30,612 bases of DNA, taken from contig CAYTRV010000004.1 of the NCBI GenBank assembly GCA_964440285.1, positions 1-30,612 of the forward strand. The letters are read 5' to 3'. The translations under genes and the position numbers were made by a program. The notes below the pieces were generated by a model. It had not been told where the DNA came from. It was given only the letters and a program-made list of their open reading frames with translations, and did not search any database. Each line of letters begins with the position of its first letter. Position 1 is the stretch's first letter. Positions 1 to 10,004 of the stretch are shown piece by piece. This DNA comes from an uncultured Bifidobacteriaceae bacterium (GTDB taxonomy: Bacteria; Actinomycetota; Thermoleophilia; Miltoncostaeales; Miltoncostaeaceae).

Positions 1-1008
1 CACCGCCCGCAGGCGCTGCAGGTAGCCGTGGTGGTCGGCGCCCAGCACGTTGATGAGGCGGTCATATCCCCGGGCGGCCTTGTCGAGGTGGTACGCGACG
101 TCCGGGGCGATGTAGGTGGTCGACCCGTCGGCGCGACGGATGACCCGGTCCTTCTCGTCGCCGTAGGCGGTGGTGCGAAACCAAGTCGCACCGTCCCGCT
201 CGTAGGCGTCGCCGGCCGCGAGGAGGCGGTCGATGCCCTCGGCGACGCGTCCGGCCTCGTGCAGGGACGTCTCCGAGAAGAACGCGTCGAACCGCACGCG
301 GAATCGTTCGAGGTCCGCCTGGACACGCCGAAGCATGAGGTCCTTCGCGATCGCCCCGAGAGTCGCCGCATCGAGGTCGCTCTCGCCGATCTCCCGCGCG
401 ATGCCGACGATGTACTCGCCGTGGTAGCCGTCGTCGGGCACCGGGGTGGGCAGGCCGTGAAGCTGGTCGAGCCGCGCCTTGACCGACTGTCCGAACAGCT
501 CGATCTGGCGGCCGTGGTCGTTAACGTAGAACTCGCGGTGCACCGTGTGACCCGCGAACTCGAGGATGCGCCCGAGCGAATCTCCGAAGGCTGCGTGCCG
601 TGCATGGCCGACGTGCAGCGGGCCGGTGGGGTTCGCCGAGACGAACTCCAGGTGGATCCGCTCCACGGGCGCCGCCTGCCCCGCCCCGTACCGGCCCCCC
701 GCCGCGACAACCGCCCTCGCCGCTTCGGCGAACCAGCCGGGGGCGAGCGTCATGTTGACGAACCCCGGACCGGCAACCTCAGCCCGCTCGACGATGTCGA
801 GCCCGCCGATCGCCGCGGCGATGTCGGCTGCGATCTCGCGGGGCGCGCGGCGGGCAGCCTTGGCCAGGCTCATGGCGACGGGCGTCGCGAGGTCGCCGTG
901 CTCGGGGCTCCCCGGCGCGGAGAGCTCGATCCGGACATCCCGGTCCGGCGACGCGGCCACGCCGCGGATGGCATCGATGATCGGTGCGATGAGCGCGGGG
1001 TCGGGCAC
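1..1008 (-). CDS. argS: Arginine--tRNA ligase, 5' portion (runs off the left edge of the window)
   Basis: Not in the ORF track because there is no stop in the window. Manual translation from GTG at 1008 gives ...EHGDLATPVAMSLAK...AGPGFVNM...HLEFVSANPTGPLHVGHAR (class I HIGH motif)...EFYVNDHG...and INVLGADHHGY at the window edge. Confidence 0.94.
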   Translation of the reverse strand, partial: MPDPALIAPIIDAIRGVAASPDRDVRIELSAPGSPEHGDLATPVAMSLAKAARRAPREIAADIAAAIGGLDIVERAEVAGPGFVNMTLAPGWFAEAARAVVAAGGRYGAGQAAPVERIHLEFVSANPTGPLHVGHARHAAFGDSLGRILEFAGHTVHREFYVNDHGRQIELFGQSVKARLDQLHGLPTPVPDDGYHGEYIVGIAREIGESDLDAATLGAIAKDLMLRRVQADLERFRVRFDAFFSETSLHEAGRVAEGIDRLLAAGDAYERDGATWFRTTAYGDEKDRVIRRADGSTTYIAPDVAYHLDKAARGYDRLINVLGADHHGYLQRLRAV

Positions 1009-1019
1009 GAGGCGGGATC

Positions 1020-2261
1020 CTAGTGCCCCTCGGAGGCCGCGGCCTCGGTCGCATCGATGAGACCCAAGCGCCGGGCGAGCCATCCCTTCGTCGAGGCTTG
1101 CAGCCCGAGCGTCAGGAGAATCGCGATCGCCACCGTCACGACCACCAGCTCGCCGTGCTCCACACCGCGGCTCACCACGATGCCCGCGAGCGCGGCCGGC
1201 ACGACCCCCGTCTCACGCGTCCACGCCATGAAGATGAGCTCCTCGCGGGTCCACGCCCCACGGCGGTCCGGCACGAGACAGAGCAGGACCACGATCGGCC
1301 GGGCGATGAGGAGCAGCACGGCGAGGACGGCGAGCGCGGGCAGCCAGTTGTCGGCGATCGCGCCGAACGGGAGGTTCGCGCCGAGGACCGCGAACACGAA
1401 GATCACCATGATGTCGGAGAGGTTGCTGACGAGGCTGCGCATGTCGCGTTCGTGGTCGGAGTGCATTCCCAGACCGAGCCGGTCCATGTTCCCGACGATC
1501 AACCCGGCGATGAACGGCCCCAGATAGCCGCTCTCGGCGCCCGCCTCGCTGACTGTGAAGAACGTGAGCGTCACCATCGCGAGCACGGCGATCCCGGCCG
1601 ATTCGCGCCAGATCCCGAGTCGCGCGTGCGATACCACCAGCGCGAGGAGCACGCCGAAGACGACCCCGAGCCCGACCGAGATCCCGAGCTCTTTCACGAA
1701 GTCGAGCACCGGACCGGCGCCGAGGCCGCCGTTCGTGACTACGACACCGAGGAAGGTGAGCGCAAGCACCGCCCCCGTCGGATCGTTGAGCGCCGACTCC
1801 GCCACGATCGTCTGCTGGAGCTTCGGGCGCAGGCCCATGCGCTTGAACAGCGGTATGAGGATGGCGGGGTCCGTCGGCGCGAGGACCGCCCCGATGAGGA
1901 GGCCGGTCGTCACCGGCACGTCGAACACCAGAGCCGCGACCAGGCCGCAGATGATCGCCGTGACGATCACCCCGGGGATCACCAGCATGCCGAGTCCGAA
2001 TGCGACCTGTCGCAGGACCCGGATCGACAGCTGCAGACCGCCGTGGAACAGGATGAACGAGACCCCCAGCGTGAGCAGCACCTGCTCGCCGGTGGAGGTC
2101 AGCGGCACATCGATGAGGTCGAGGACGGACGGCCCGAGAAGCGCCCCGGCGCCGAGGAGCACCAGCATGTACGGGAGCCGCAGGAGCGCGCCGATCGGAT
2201 ACGCGACCAGCCCGGCGCCCAGGATCAGGCCGATCGTGAGGATGACGTCCGTCGCCTTCAT
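1020..2261 (-). CDS. Cation:proton antiporter, CPA1 (NhaP-like Na+/H+ exchanger)
   Basis: 413 aa, about 12 hydrophobic segments; motifs ILFHGGL, LAPTDPA and ESALNDP typical of CPA1. Confidence 0.88.
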   Translation of the reverse strand: MKATDVILTIGLILGAGLVAYPIGALLRLPYMLVLLGAGALLGPSVLDLIDVPLTSTGEQVLLTLGVSFILFHGGLQLSIRVLRQVAFGLGMLVIPGVIVTAIICGLVAALVFDVPVTTGLLIGAVLAPTDPAILIPLFKRMGLRPKLQQTIVAESALNDPTGAVLALTFLGVVVTNGGLGAGPVLDFVKELGISVGLGVVFGVLLALVVSHARLGIWRESAGIAVLAMVTLTFFTVSEAGAESGYLGPFIAGLIVGNMDRLGLGMHSDHERDMRSLVSNLSDIMVIFVFAVLGANLPFGAIADNWLPALAVLAVLLLIARPIVVLLCLVPDRRGAWTREELIFMAWTRETGVVPAALAGIVVSRGVEHGELVVVTVAIAILLTLGLQASTKGWLARRLGLIDATEAAASEGH

Positions 2262-2322
2262 CCCCAGGGATCCTGCCGACAGCGTCGGAAGCTGCCCGCC
2301 TGCGGGACCACCCGGCTGTCGT

Positions 2323-2796
2323 TCAGTGGTGGTACGGGTGGCCCGACACGATGCACAGGCCGCGGTAGAGCTGCTCCGCGAGCACGACCCGGGCGAGCTG
2401 GTGCGGCAGGGTGAGCGGCCCCAGCGAGAGACGCTCGTCGGCGTGGTCGACCAATTCCGGCGCGAGCCCGGCGGCCCCGCCGACGAGGAACGCGGTCGGT
2501 CGGGGCACGTCCAGACGAGCCGCGAGCCACTCCGCGAAAGCCTGGCTCGAAGCCGGCCCCCGGCCCCCGGGGGCCGGCGCGACGCGCCACGCGTCGGGCA
2601 GCACCCGTGCGGTCAACCGCTCCGACTCGCGCCGGTGCACCTGGTCGATCCCGTGCTGCAGCGGCTCCGCGGCAACCTCATCGACCCTCAAGGGCAGACG
2701 TTCGTTGATGCGATCCTCGTAGGTGCGGCCACCCGCGTCATGTGGTGGACGCAACTTGCCGACCGCGACGACCTGCAGCCGTGCGGCGCGGCTCAT
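2323..2796 (-). CDS. rlmH: 23S rRNA pseudouridine-1915 N3-methyltransferase (SPOUT)
   Basis: VVAVGK N-terminus, FLVGGAAGL, LSLGPLTLPHQLARVVLAEQLYRG and C-terminal HPYH. The ATG at 2796 overlaps the upstream stop (ATGA), so the ORF-track start at 2964 is too long. Confidence 0.9.
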   Translation of the reverse strand: MSRAARLQVVAVGKLRPPHDAGGRTYEDRINERLPLRVDEVAAEPLQHGIDQVHRRESERLTARVLPDAWRVAPAPGGRGPASSQAFAEWLAARLDVPRPTAFLVGGAAGLAPELVDHADERLSLGPLTLPHQLARVVLAEQLYRGLCIVSGHPYHH

Positions 2797-3989
2797 CCCC
2801 GACTGCGGAGCGCCAGGCCGATGCGCTCGAGCGCCGTCGGGTGCGAGCCCCACAGCCGCTGCACCCACCGCGGCGGGTCGGGCACGCCGAGGTTCCGGTC
2901 GACCAGGCCACGGTGCAGACCGATAGCTGCGTCCGGATCGGCCGTGACACGCAACGCCTCCCAATCCGCCTCCCGCTCGAAGCCACGGCTGATCGCAAGG
3001 GCGAATCGCCGGGCGACCGCCTCGGCGACGCCAGCGCCCGCGACCGCGACCGTAAGACGACGCAGCGTGAGGTCGGCGTCACGACGCCCGATCCGGCGCC
3101 CCCCGGTGAGCGCCGCGACGGCGGCGCCGATCGCACCCAGCGCCGGGAGCGACGCGGCGGCCGAGATGAGCGAGCCGCGGAGAAGGTGCCGGCGGGCGAC
3201 GTGCGCCAGCTCGTGGGCGACGACGAACCGAACCTGTTCGGGCGGGAAGTCCCGGAGCAGGGTGTCGAACAGCACGAGGCGCCGCGTGGGGCCGAGCCCC
3301 GACACGTAGGCGTTCGACCCGGTCGTGCGCGTGCTGGCGTCGTTGACGAGCACGTCGCGCACCGGCACGCCCATCCGGCCGGCGACGTCGCGCACCTCCC
3401 GATCCAGATCGGCATCGTCCAGCGGCCGCGTCGTCTGGAAGAGCGGCTCGATGAGCTTCGGACCGAGCAGCGTCAGCGCCACCGTACCTGCCGAGGCGAC
3501 CGCCCAGGTACCGAGCCACCAGGTGGCTGGGCGACGACGCATGAGCGCCACGGCCGCGAGCGAAAGCGCAGCGGCGAAGCCGGTGCCGAGCGCCGTCGCC
3601 TTCGCACGATCCGCGAGCCATCCCCGCGCGGGTTGCGTCACGAGGCCGTGGGCCCGCGACCAGGTGTACCCCGCGACGCCGATCGGCAGCCGCACGACCT
3701 CGCCCGCAAGCACGAGCCCCGCGCCGAACACCACGGCGGCGGGAAGGGGGCGACCGCCGGCGAGCCGAACGATCGGGGCGCGCCACCGCCGGCCGGTGAG
3801 CGCCACAGTCGCGGTCCACAGCGGGCCGGCCGCCGTCCCGGCGATGCCCAGGATCCACACGCCGCGACGGTACCTGCGGTTGCGTCGCAGCGACGCGGTG
3901 TTGAACCACTCCTCGAGCCGCGCGGGCGGCGCGTCAGGGACACCCTCGCCGGGAATTGCCAGCAGCGGGCTCGGAAGCGGCCGGGTCAT
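2793..3989 (-). CDS. M48 family (Ste24/HtpX-like) membrane zinc metalloprotease
   Basis: Several TM segments; SNAYVSGLG, LFDTLL, HELAH (HExxH), EREAD and HPTALERI motifs. The ATG at 3989 overlaps the cyclophilin stop (ATGA). Confidence 0.88.
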   Translation of the reverse strand: MTRPLPSPLLAIPGEGVPDAPPARLEEWFNTASLRRNRRYRRGVWILGIAGTAAGPLWTATVALTGRRWRAPIVRLAGGRPLPAAVVFGAGLVLAGEVVRLPIGVAGYTWSRAHGLVTQPARGWLADRAKATALGTGFAAALSLAAVALMRRRPATWWLGTWAVASAGTVALTLLGPKLIEPLFQTTRPLDDADLDREVRDVAGRMGVPVRDVLVNDASTRTTGSNAYVSGLGPTRRLVLFDTLLRDFPPEQVRFVVAHELAHVARRHLLRGSLISAAASLPALGAIGAAVAALTGGRRIGRRDADLTLRRLTVAVAGAGVAEAVARRFALAISRGFEREADWEALRVTADPDAAIGLHRGLVDRNLGVPDPPRWVQRLWGSHPTALERIGLALRSRG

Positions 3990-4720
3990 CGGGTGCTCGT
4001 GACGAGCTTCGCGGAGATGATCCAGACCGGCTTGCTCGGCGCGCCGTCGGCCACCGCAAGCGCAGCGATCCGTTTGATCGTGGCGAGGGAATCCGCATCC
4101 GTCGCGTGCCCGAGGATCCCGTAGTCGGGGGTCAGTCCGGCCCCTCCCGCATCCGAGCTGACGACGAAGAACTGCGAACCCGCAGTGCCCGAGGGCTCGG
4201 GACCCGCCTTTGCCATCGCCACATCGCCCAACTTGTATTCGTAGCCCGCCGGAATCGGGCCGACGACCTTGTAGCCCGGACCACCGCTGCCCGTGCCGAG
4301 CGGGTCGCCGCCCTGCAGGACGAAGTCCGGCACCACGCGGTGGAACGTGAGGCCGTCGTAGAACCCCTCGCTCACGAGGAACGCGATGGAGTTCGGGATC
4401 GGCCCGCCGGCCGTCGGGTCGAGCGCGATGCGGATCGTGCCGCAGGAGGTCCTCATGACGATCGCGTAGTCCGTGCCGGCCTTGAGCACCTGCTCGGCCT
4501 TGGAGTAGCTCGGCTTCGCCGGCGGCGTCGGTTGACCCGCCTCGAGGCACGCCGTGATCTCCGGTCCGGCCGCCGTGGACGCCGTGGTCGTCGTCGCGGC
4601 GGCGGCGGTGGTCGCCGGCTGCGTGGTGCCCGCCCCCGTGTCCCCTCCGTCACTGCCGCAGCCGGCGAGCACGCCGGTGGCACACAATGCGAACACGGCG
4701 ATGAGGGCGGGGACTCTCAC
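3986..4720 (-). CDS. Cyclophilin-type peptidyl-prolyl cis-trans isomerase, lipoprotein
   Basis: GFYDGLTFHRVVPDFVLQGGDPLGTGSGGPGY and GSQFF motifs. GTG at 4720 is preceded by AAGGAG. Lipobox LAGC is followed by a Thr/Ala-rich linker. Confidence 0.9.
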   Translation of the reverse strand: MRVPALIAVFALCATGVLAGCGSDGGDTGAGTTQPATTAAAATTTTASTAAGPEITACLEAGQPTPPAKPSYSKAEQVLKAGTDYAIVMRTSCGTIRIALDPTAGGPIPNSIAFLVSEGFYDGLTFHRVVPDFVLQGGDPLGTGSGGPGYKVVGPIPAGYEYKLGDVAMAKAGPEPSGTAGSQFFVVSSDAGGAGLTPDYGILGHATDADSLATIKRIAALAVADGAPSKPVWIISAKLVTSTR

Positions 4721-4741
4721 AGGGGCTCCTTGCGACGTGGG

Positions 4742-4912
4742 CTGAGTGGTCGCGCTCGCAGGTATCGCCAACGTTTCCCGAGCGAAAACCGAGTCGGGCG
4801 AGGACGCAGTGTCCCGCCGCTATCGGTCACCATAACGGCGGGACCGAGGACGACGCCCGACGACGGTTTGCAGCCGGGAAACGTGGTGATACTTGCGAGT
4901 GTGGCCACCTAG
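4742..4912. ncRNA. Long rod-shaped structured RNA, 6S RNA-like (identity and strand not established)
   Basis: Manual pairing: 4746-4769 with 4885-4908 (24 bp, 5 of them G-U on +); 4771-4780 with 4875-4884 (10 perfect bp); 4786-4791 with 4864-4869; 4793-4800 with 4854-4861; 4811-4819 with 4836-4844. Size and architecture resemble 6S RNA. Confidence 0.6.
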
Positions 4913-4915
4913 AAT
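4910..4915 (+). promoter_or_regulatory. Sigma-A-type -10 element (TAGAAT) for a leaderless iscS-like transcript
   Basis: TAGAAT lies 7 nt before the ATG at 4923; no Shine-Dalgarno is present. Confidence 0.55.
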
Positions 4916-4922
4916 CCGGGCC

Positions 4923-6088
4923 ATGGTAGAGGACAACCACGGCGCCTACCTCGACCACGCCGCCGCCACGACAATCGACCCACGGGTGCGCGACGCGATG
5001 GCGCCGTTCATCGACGACGCGTTTGGCAACCCCGAGGGCCTGCACGAGTGGGCGCGAGGCCCGGCCGCTGCCATCGAGCGGGCGCGGTCGCAAGTCGCGG
5101 CGCTGATCGGCGCCGACGCGGACGGGGTCATCTTCACCGCGGGCGACACCGAGGCGCGCAACCTCGCCGTCAAGGGCGCCGCCGCGGCCAACGCCCATGC
5201 GGGCGACCATCTCGTCGTGAGCGCGGTCGATCACCCCGCGACGCTCGCCGCCGCCCGGACCGTGACCCGCGCCACCGGGGCCCTGACGATCGTCGGCGTC
5301 GACGGCGAGGGCCGGATCGACCCGCACCGGCTCGCCGACGCCGTCCGCGACGACACGGTGCTGGTCACCATCGTGCACGGGCAGCCGGAGATCGGCACGG
5401 TGCAGGACGTCCACGCGCTCGTCGCGTCCGTCCGGGCCCGTCGTCGCGACGTGGCCATCCACGTCGACGCAGGAGCGACCGCGGGCCTCGTCCCCGTCGA
5501 CGTCGCCGGCTGGGATTGCGATCTGCTCACCCTCGGCGGCGGCTCGCTCCTGGGTCCGCGGTGGGCGGGAGCGCTGTGGGTGCGGGAGGGCACGCGGCTG
5601 CATCCGCTGATCGAGGGTGGCCTGCAGGAGCGCGGGAAGCGCGGCGGCGCGCACGACACCCCGGGGATCGTCGGCCTCGGTGAGGCCGCACGTATCGCTC
5701 GCGACGAGCTCACCGCCCGCGCCGCCCACATGGGCGACCTCGCCGACCGGCTCATCGAGCGGCTGCTGGCGGTGGCCGACGTCCGGCTGAACGGACCGCG
5801 CCAAGGCCGCATCCCGGGCCACGTGCAGGTGTCGGCGGGATGGGTGGAGGGCGAGACGCTGGTGCTCGCGCTGGCCGCCCGGGGAGTGGCGGCGTCACCC
5901 GGGTCTGCGTGCTCGGCCGCCGGGAAGGCCTCGCCGGTCCTGGAGGCGATCGGTCTCGAAGCGCCGTGGACGCACTCGGCCGTGCTGTTCACGCTCGCCC
6001 CGTCCACCACCACCGCCGACATCGACATCGCCGCCGATGCCTTCGTGGACGCGGTCGCCGCCCTGCGCGCGATGAGCCCGCTCGCTCC

Positions 6089-6092
<4 letters not shown>
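4923..6092 (+). CDS. Cysteine desulfurase-like (IscS/NifS group I fold) protein lacking the PLP Schiff-base lysine
   Basis: YLDHAAATT, FGNP, FTAGDTE, DHPA, HVDA and GSACS (catalytic-loop Cys) match IscS, but the SxHK motif reads GGGS. Confidence 0.85.
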
Positions 6093-7457
<1,365 letters not shown>

Positions 7458-7535
7458 ACCAGACCCCCCGCGGTGCCTCGGCGGACGGGGCGCCGGTTGC
7501 CCTCCCGACTTGCCTGACGAACGGCCAAGTCATTC

Positions 7536-8804
7536 ATGTCGGGTGGTATCTGTGCCGATGACAACAGCATGCTCGGCTCGACGGGACGGTCCCGTCCAAC
7601 CCACGATGCGCTGATTCCGGAGAGCATTCCGGCCTGGAGGCCGACGCTCGATCGTCTTCGGCTGGTCGAGCGGGTTCAGCTCCTTGCGACGATCGTCCTC
7701 GGGGTGGGCGCCCTGCTCCTCGCCGTCGTCATCGCCGTACGAATCGTCGACTCGGTCGAGGACCACCGGCGGACGCTGGAGATCCAGAACGGCATCGAAT
7801 CGATCCGCTACGACGCGCGCGTCATGCAGGTCCGCCAGCTCGAGTCCCGGTACGCCGACACCGGGGGGAGCATCCCGCCCATCGTCGACGAGATCCAGAC
7901 CCTTCGCGACCGCGTCGCGGCTCTTCCCATGCTGTCCGCCCGCTCGAGCGAAGCCGAGCTCCGCCAGCGGCTACTCGACGACCTGGCCGCGTTCGTGGTG
8001 CTCTCGCGTTTCGCGCCCTCCGGGATCCGGGGCGGTACCGCGGAAAGCCGGCGGGGCTACGAGCTCGCCCGGCCCGCGATCAAGCAGATGGAGCAGAATC
8101 TCGACCGGTGGGTCGCCGTCGTGCGCGCGCACACGACGCGGGAACTCGACGCAACCGCGCCACACGTCGACCGTCTCGCGGCCATCCTCGTCGGCACCCT
8201 CGCGGCGCTCATCCTGTTGAGCGTCATCCTCGCCACGATCTTGCACCAGACACGACGGCGCCTGGCCGGCGAGCTCGCCAGCTCGACCGGAGAGCTGGAA
8301 CGTCTTTCCGGAACCGATGCGCTGACCGCCCTGGACAACCGGCGCGCCTTCCGCGCCTATGCGGATGACGCGGTCAGGGCAGCCGCCGCGCTGGAGACGC
8401 CCCTGTGCGTCGCGATCCTCGACATCGACCACTTCAAGACGATCAACGACGCGTACGGACACGACGTCGGCGACCGCACCCTCGTGCGGCTTGCGAAGCT
8501 GCTGACCGCAAGCGCCCCGTCGGGGCATCGCATCGCACGTCTCGGCGGCGAGGAGTTCGGCTGGCTCATGCCGCACACGGACGCACAGGCGGGGACCGAG
8601 TGGATTCAGCGCGCCCACGACGCTTTGGCGGCGAAACCGGTCGAGGGTGCCGGCGTGCTGACGTTCTCCTGCGGAATCGCCGAGCGCGGCGGATCCTCCG
8701 AAATCGAGCACCTCCTGCGCGAGGCCGACGACGCGCTCTACGAAGCCAAGGCCGCCGGCCGCAACCGAACGGTGGTCCGCGCGGCGGTCACGCAGCCCGT
8801 CTGA
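7536..8804 (+). CDS. Membrane-anchored diguanylate cyclase (two TM helices, extracytoplasmic sensor, GGDEF domain)
   Basis: DALTALDNRR, LDIDHFKTINDAYGHDVGD and RLGGEEF. Two hydrophobic segments flank a helical sensor region. Start codon uncertain. Confidence 0.9.
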   Translation: MSGGICADDNSMLGSTGRSRPTHDALIPESIPAWRPTLDRLRLVERVQLLATIVLGVGALLLAVVIAVRIVDSVEDHRRTLEIQNGIESIRYDARVMQVRQLESRYADTGGSIPPIVDEIQTLRDRVAALPMLSARSSEAELRQRLLDDLAAFVVLSRFAPSGIRGGTAESRRGYELARPAIKQMEQNLDRWVAVVRAHTTRELDATAPHVDRLAAILVGTLAALILLSVILATILHQTRRRLAGELASSTGELERLSGTDALTALDNRRAFRAYADDAVRAAAALETPLCVAILDIDHFKTINDAYGHDVGDRTLVRLAKLLTASAPSGHRIARLGGEEFGWLMPHTDAQAGTEWIQRAHDALAAKPVEGAGVLTFSCGIAERGGSSEIEHLLREADDALYEAKAAGRNRTVVRAAVTQPV

Positions 8805-8833
8805 TTCGACCGCCGCACTCGTGTGATGCGTGG

Positions 8834-8847
8834 CGAACGTATGTTCG
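8834..8847. promoter_or_regulatory. LexA SOS box (Gram-positive/actinobacterial CGAAC-N4-GTTCG)
   Basis: CGAAC-GTAT-GTTCG is a perfect palindromic match, immediately upstream of a TATACT -10 element of an Rv2578c-like gene. Confidence 0.85.
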
Positions 8848-8848
8848 C

Positions 8849-8854
8849 TATACT
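8849..8854 (+). promoter_or_regulatory. -10 element (TATACT), leaderless transcript
   Basis: TATACT lies 6 nt before the ATG at 8861; no SD. Confidence 0.65.
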
Positions 8855-8860
8855 GTGGAC

Positions 8861-9919
8861 ATGGCCGACTCCGGGGCCGAGCGACTCCGCTGGCGGTTGA
8901 CCGACGACGATGGCGGTCAACCCGAGCTGTTCGACACGGTCGAAACCGTGCCGGGCACGCGGGAGCTCGCCGGACTCGAGTTCCTCCACGTTCGGGCGAA
9001 GCGCGTCATCAATCGCGTACCGGAGGCGTCGCGCATGCCGTTCAGGCACACCGTGAACCCGTACCGCGGCTGCAGCCACGCCTGCGTGTACTGCTTCGCG
9101 CGACCGACGCACGAGTACCTCAACCTCGACCGCGGCCGCGACTTCGACACCCGCATCGTCGTCAAGGTCAACGCGGTGGAGCGGGTTGAGGCGGAGCTCG
9201 CAGCACCCCGCTGGGGGCGCGAGCTGGTGGCCCTGGGGACCAACACGGATCCCTACCAGCCGTGCGAGGGGCGCTACCGACTGACGGCGGGCATCGTGGC
9301 GGCGCTCACCGCAGCGGGGAACCCGTTCTCGATCGTGACGAAGTCGCCGCTCATCCTCCGCGATCTCGACGTACTCACCGAAGCGGCCGCCCGTGGCCTG
9401 GTACACGTCGACCTGTCCGTCGGGTGCCTCGACCGCGACGTGTGGCGTCTCACCGAGCCGAGCGCTCCGAGCCCCGAGCGGCGGCTGGAGACCGTTGCGG
9501 CACTCAACAGCGCAACGGTCCCCTGCGGTGTCCTCGTCGCGCCGATCCTGCCCGGCATTTCCGACGAGCAAGGGCAGCTCGACCGTCTCGTCCGGGCGTG
9601 CGTGGACGCCGGCGCCCAGTCGATCGCCGCGGTCGCGCTCCATCTTCGGCCAGGCGTGCGGGAGCATTACCTGGGCTGGCTCGCCGGCACCCGACCCGAC
9701 CTCCTGGCCGACCACCTCATCCGCTACCGCGGCGCGTACCTCACCGCCGACGCCCGGCGGGACCTGTCCGCCCGCATCCAGGAGCTGGCCGCCCACCACC
9801 GACGTCGCACGGGGAGCCTGGCCCGACCCACCCGGCACCCCGCGGCAATGCCCGGCCACCGGGCCGAGGCGCCCACTACTGGCCGCGGCGAGCCGCAGCA
9901 ACTGCGATTGATCGAGTAA
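8861..9919 (+). CDS. Rv2578c-family radical SAM protein (SplB-like, DNA-damage inducible)
   Basis: TVNPYRGCSHACVYCFARPTHEYL (CxxxCxxC), GTNTDPYQ and SIVTKS. Start is the ATG at 8861 after the SOS box and -10; the ORF-track start at 8405 is spurious. Confidence 0.9.
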   Translation: MADSGAERLRWRLTDDDGGQPELFDTVETVPGTRELAGLEFLHVRAKRVINRVPEASRMPFRHTVNPYRGCSHACVYCFARPTHEYLNLDRGRDFDTRIVVKVNAVERVEAELAAPRWGRELVALGTNTDPYQPCEGRYRLTAGIVAALTAAGNPFSIVTKSPLILRDLDVLTEAAARGLVHVDLSVGCLDRDVWRLTEPSAPSPERRLETVAALNSATVPCGVLVAPILPGISDEQGQLDRLVRACVDAGAQSIAAVALHLRPGVREHYLGWLAGTRPDLLADHLIRYRGAYLTADARRDLSARIQELAAHHRRRTGSLARPTRHPAAMPGHRAEAPTTGRGEPQQLRLIE

Positions 9920-10004
9920 TCGGCTCGGTCCGCGATGGCGCCGGGGATCGCGTGAACCGCCATCGGCGGCAGGTTTCCCGGCCCGATTGACGTAAGAGAA
10001 CGCC

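Noticed and set aside
2540-2580. RlmH has PAPGGRG where orthologues usually have LDxxG
   Set aside because: It lies in a G/C homopolymer-rich stretch prone to error, and the SAM-binding knot motifs are otherwise intact.
7508-7532. Hairpin with ACGA in the loop upstream of the GGDEF gene (guanidine-II riboswitch?)
   Set aside because: The ACGA is not a properly closed tetraloop and there is no second ACGR hairpin.
9933-9965. CGATGGCG/CGCCATCG inverted repeat between the radical SAM gene and the mau-like operon
   Set aside because: An 8-bp GC-rich stem with a long loop and no U tract; at best an ordinary terminator and not distinguishable from chance.
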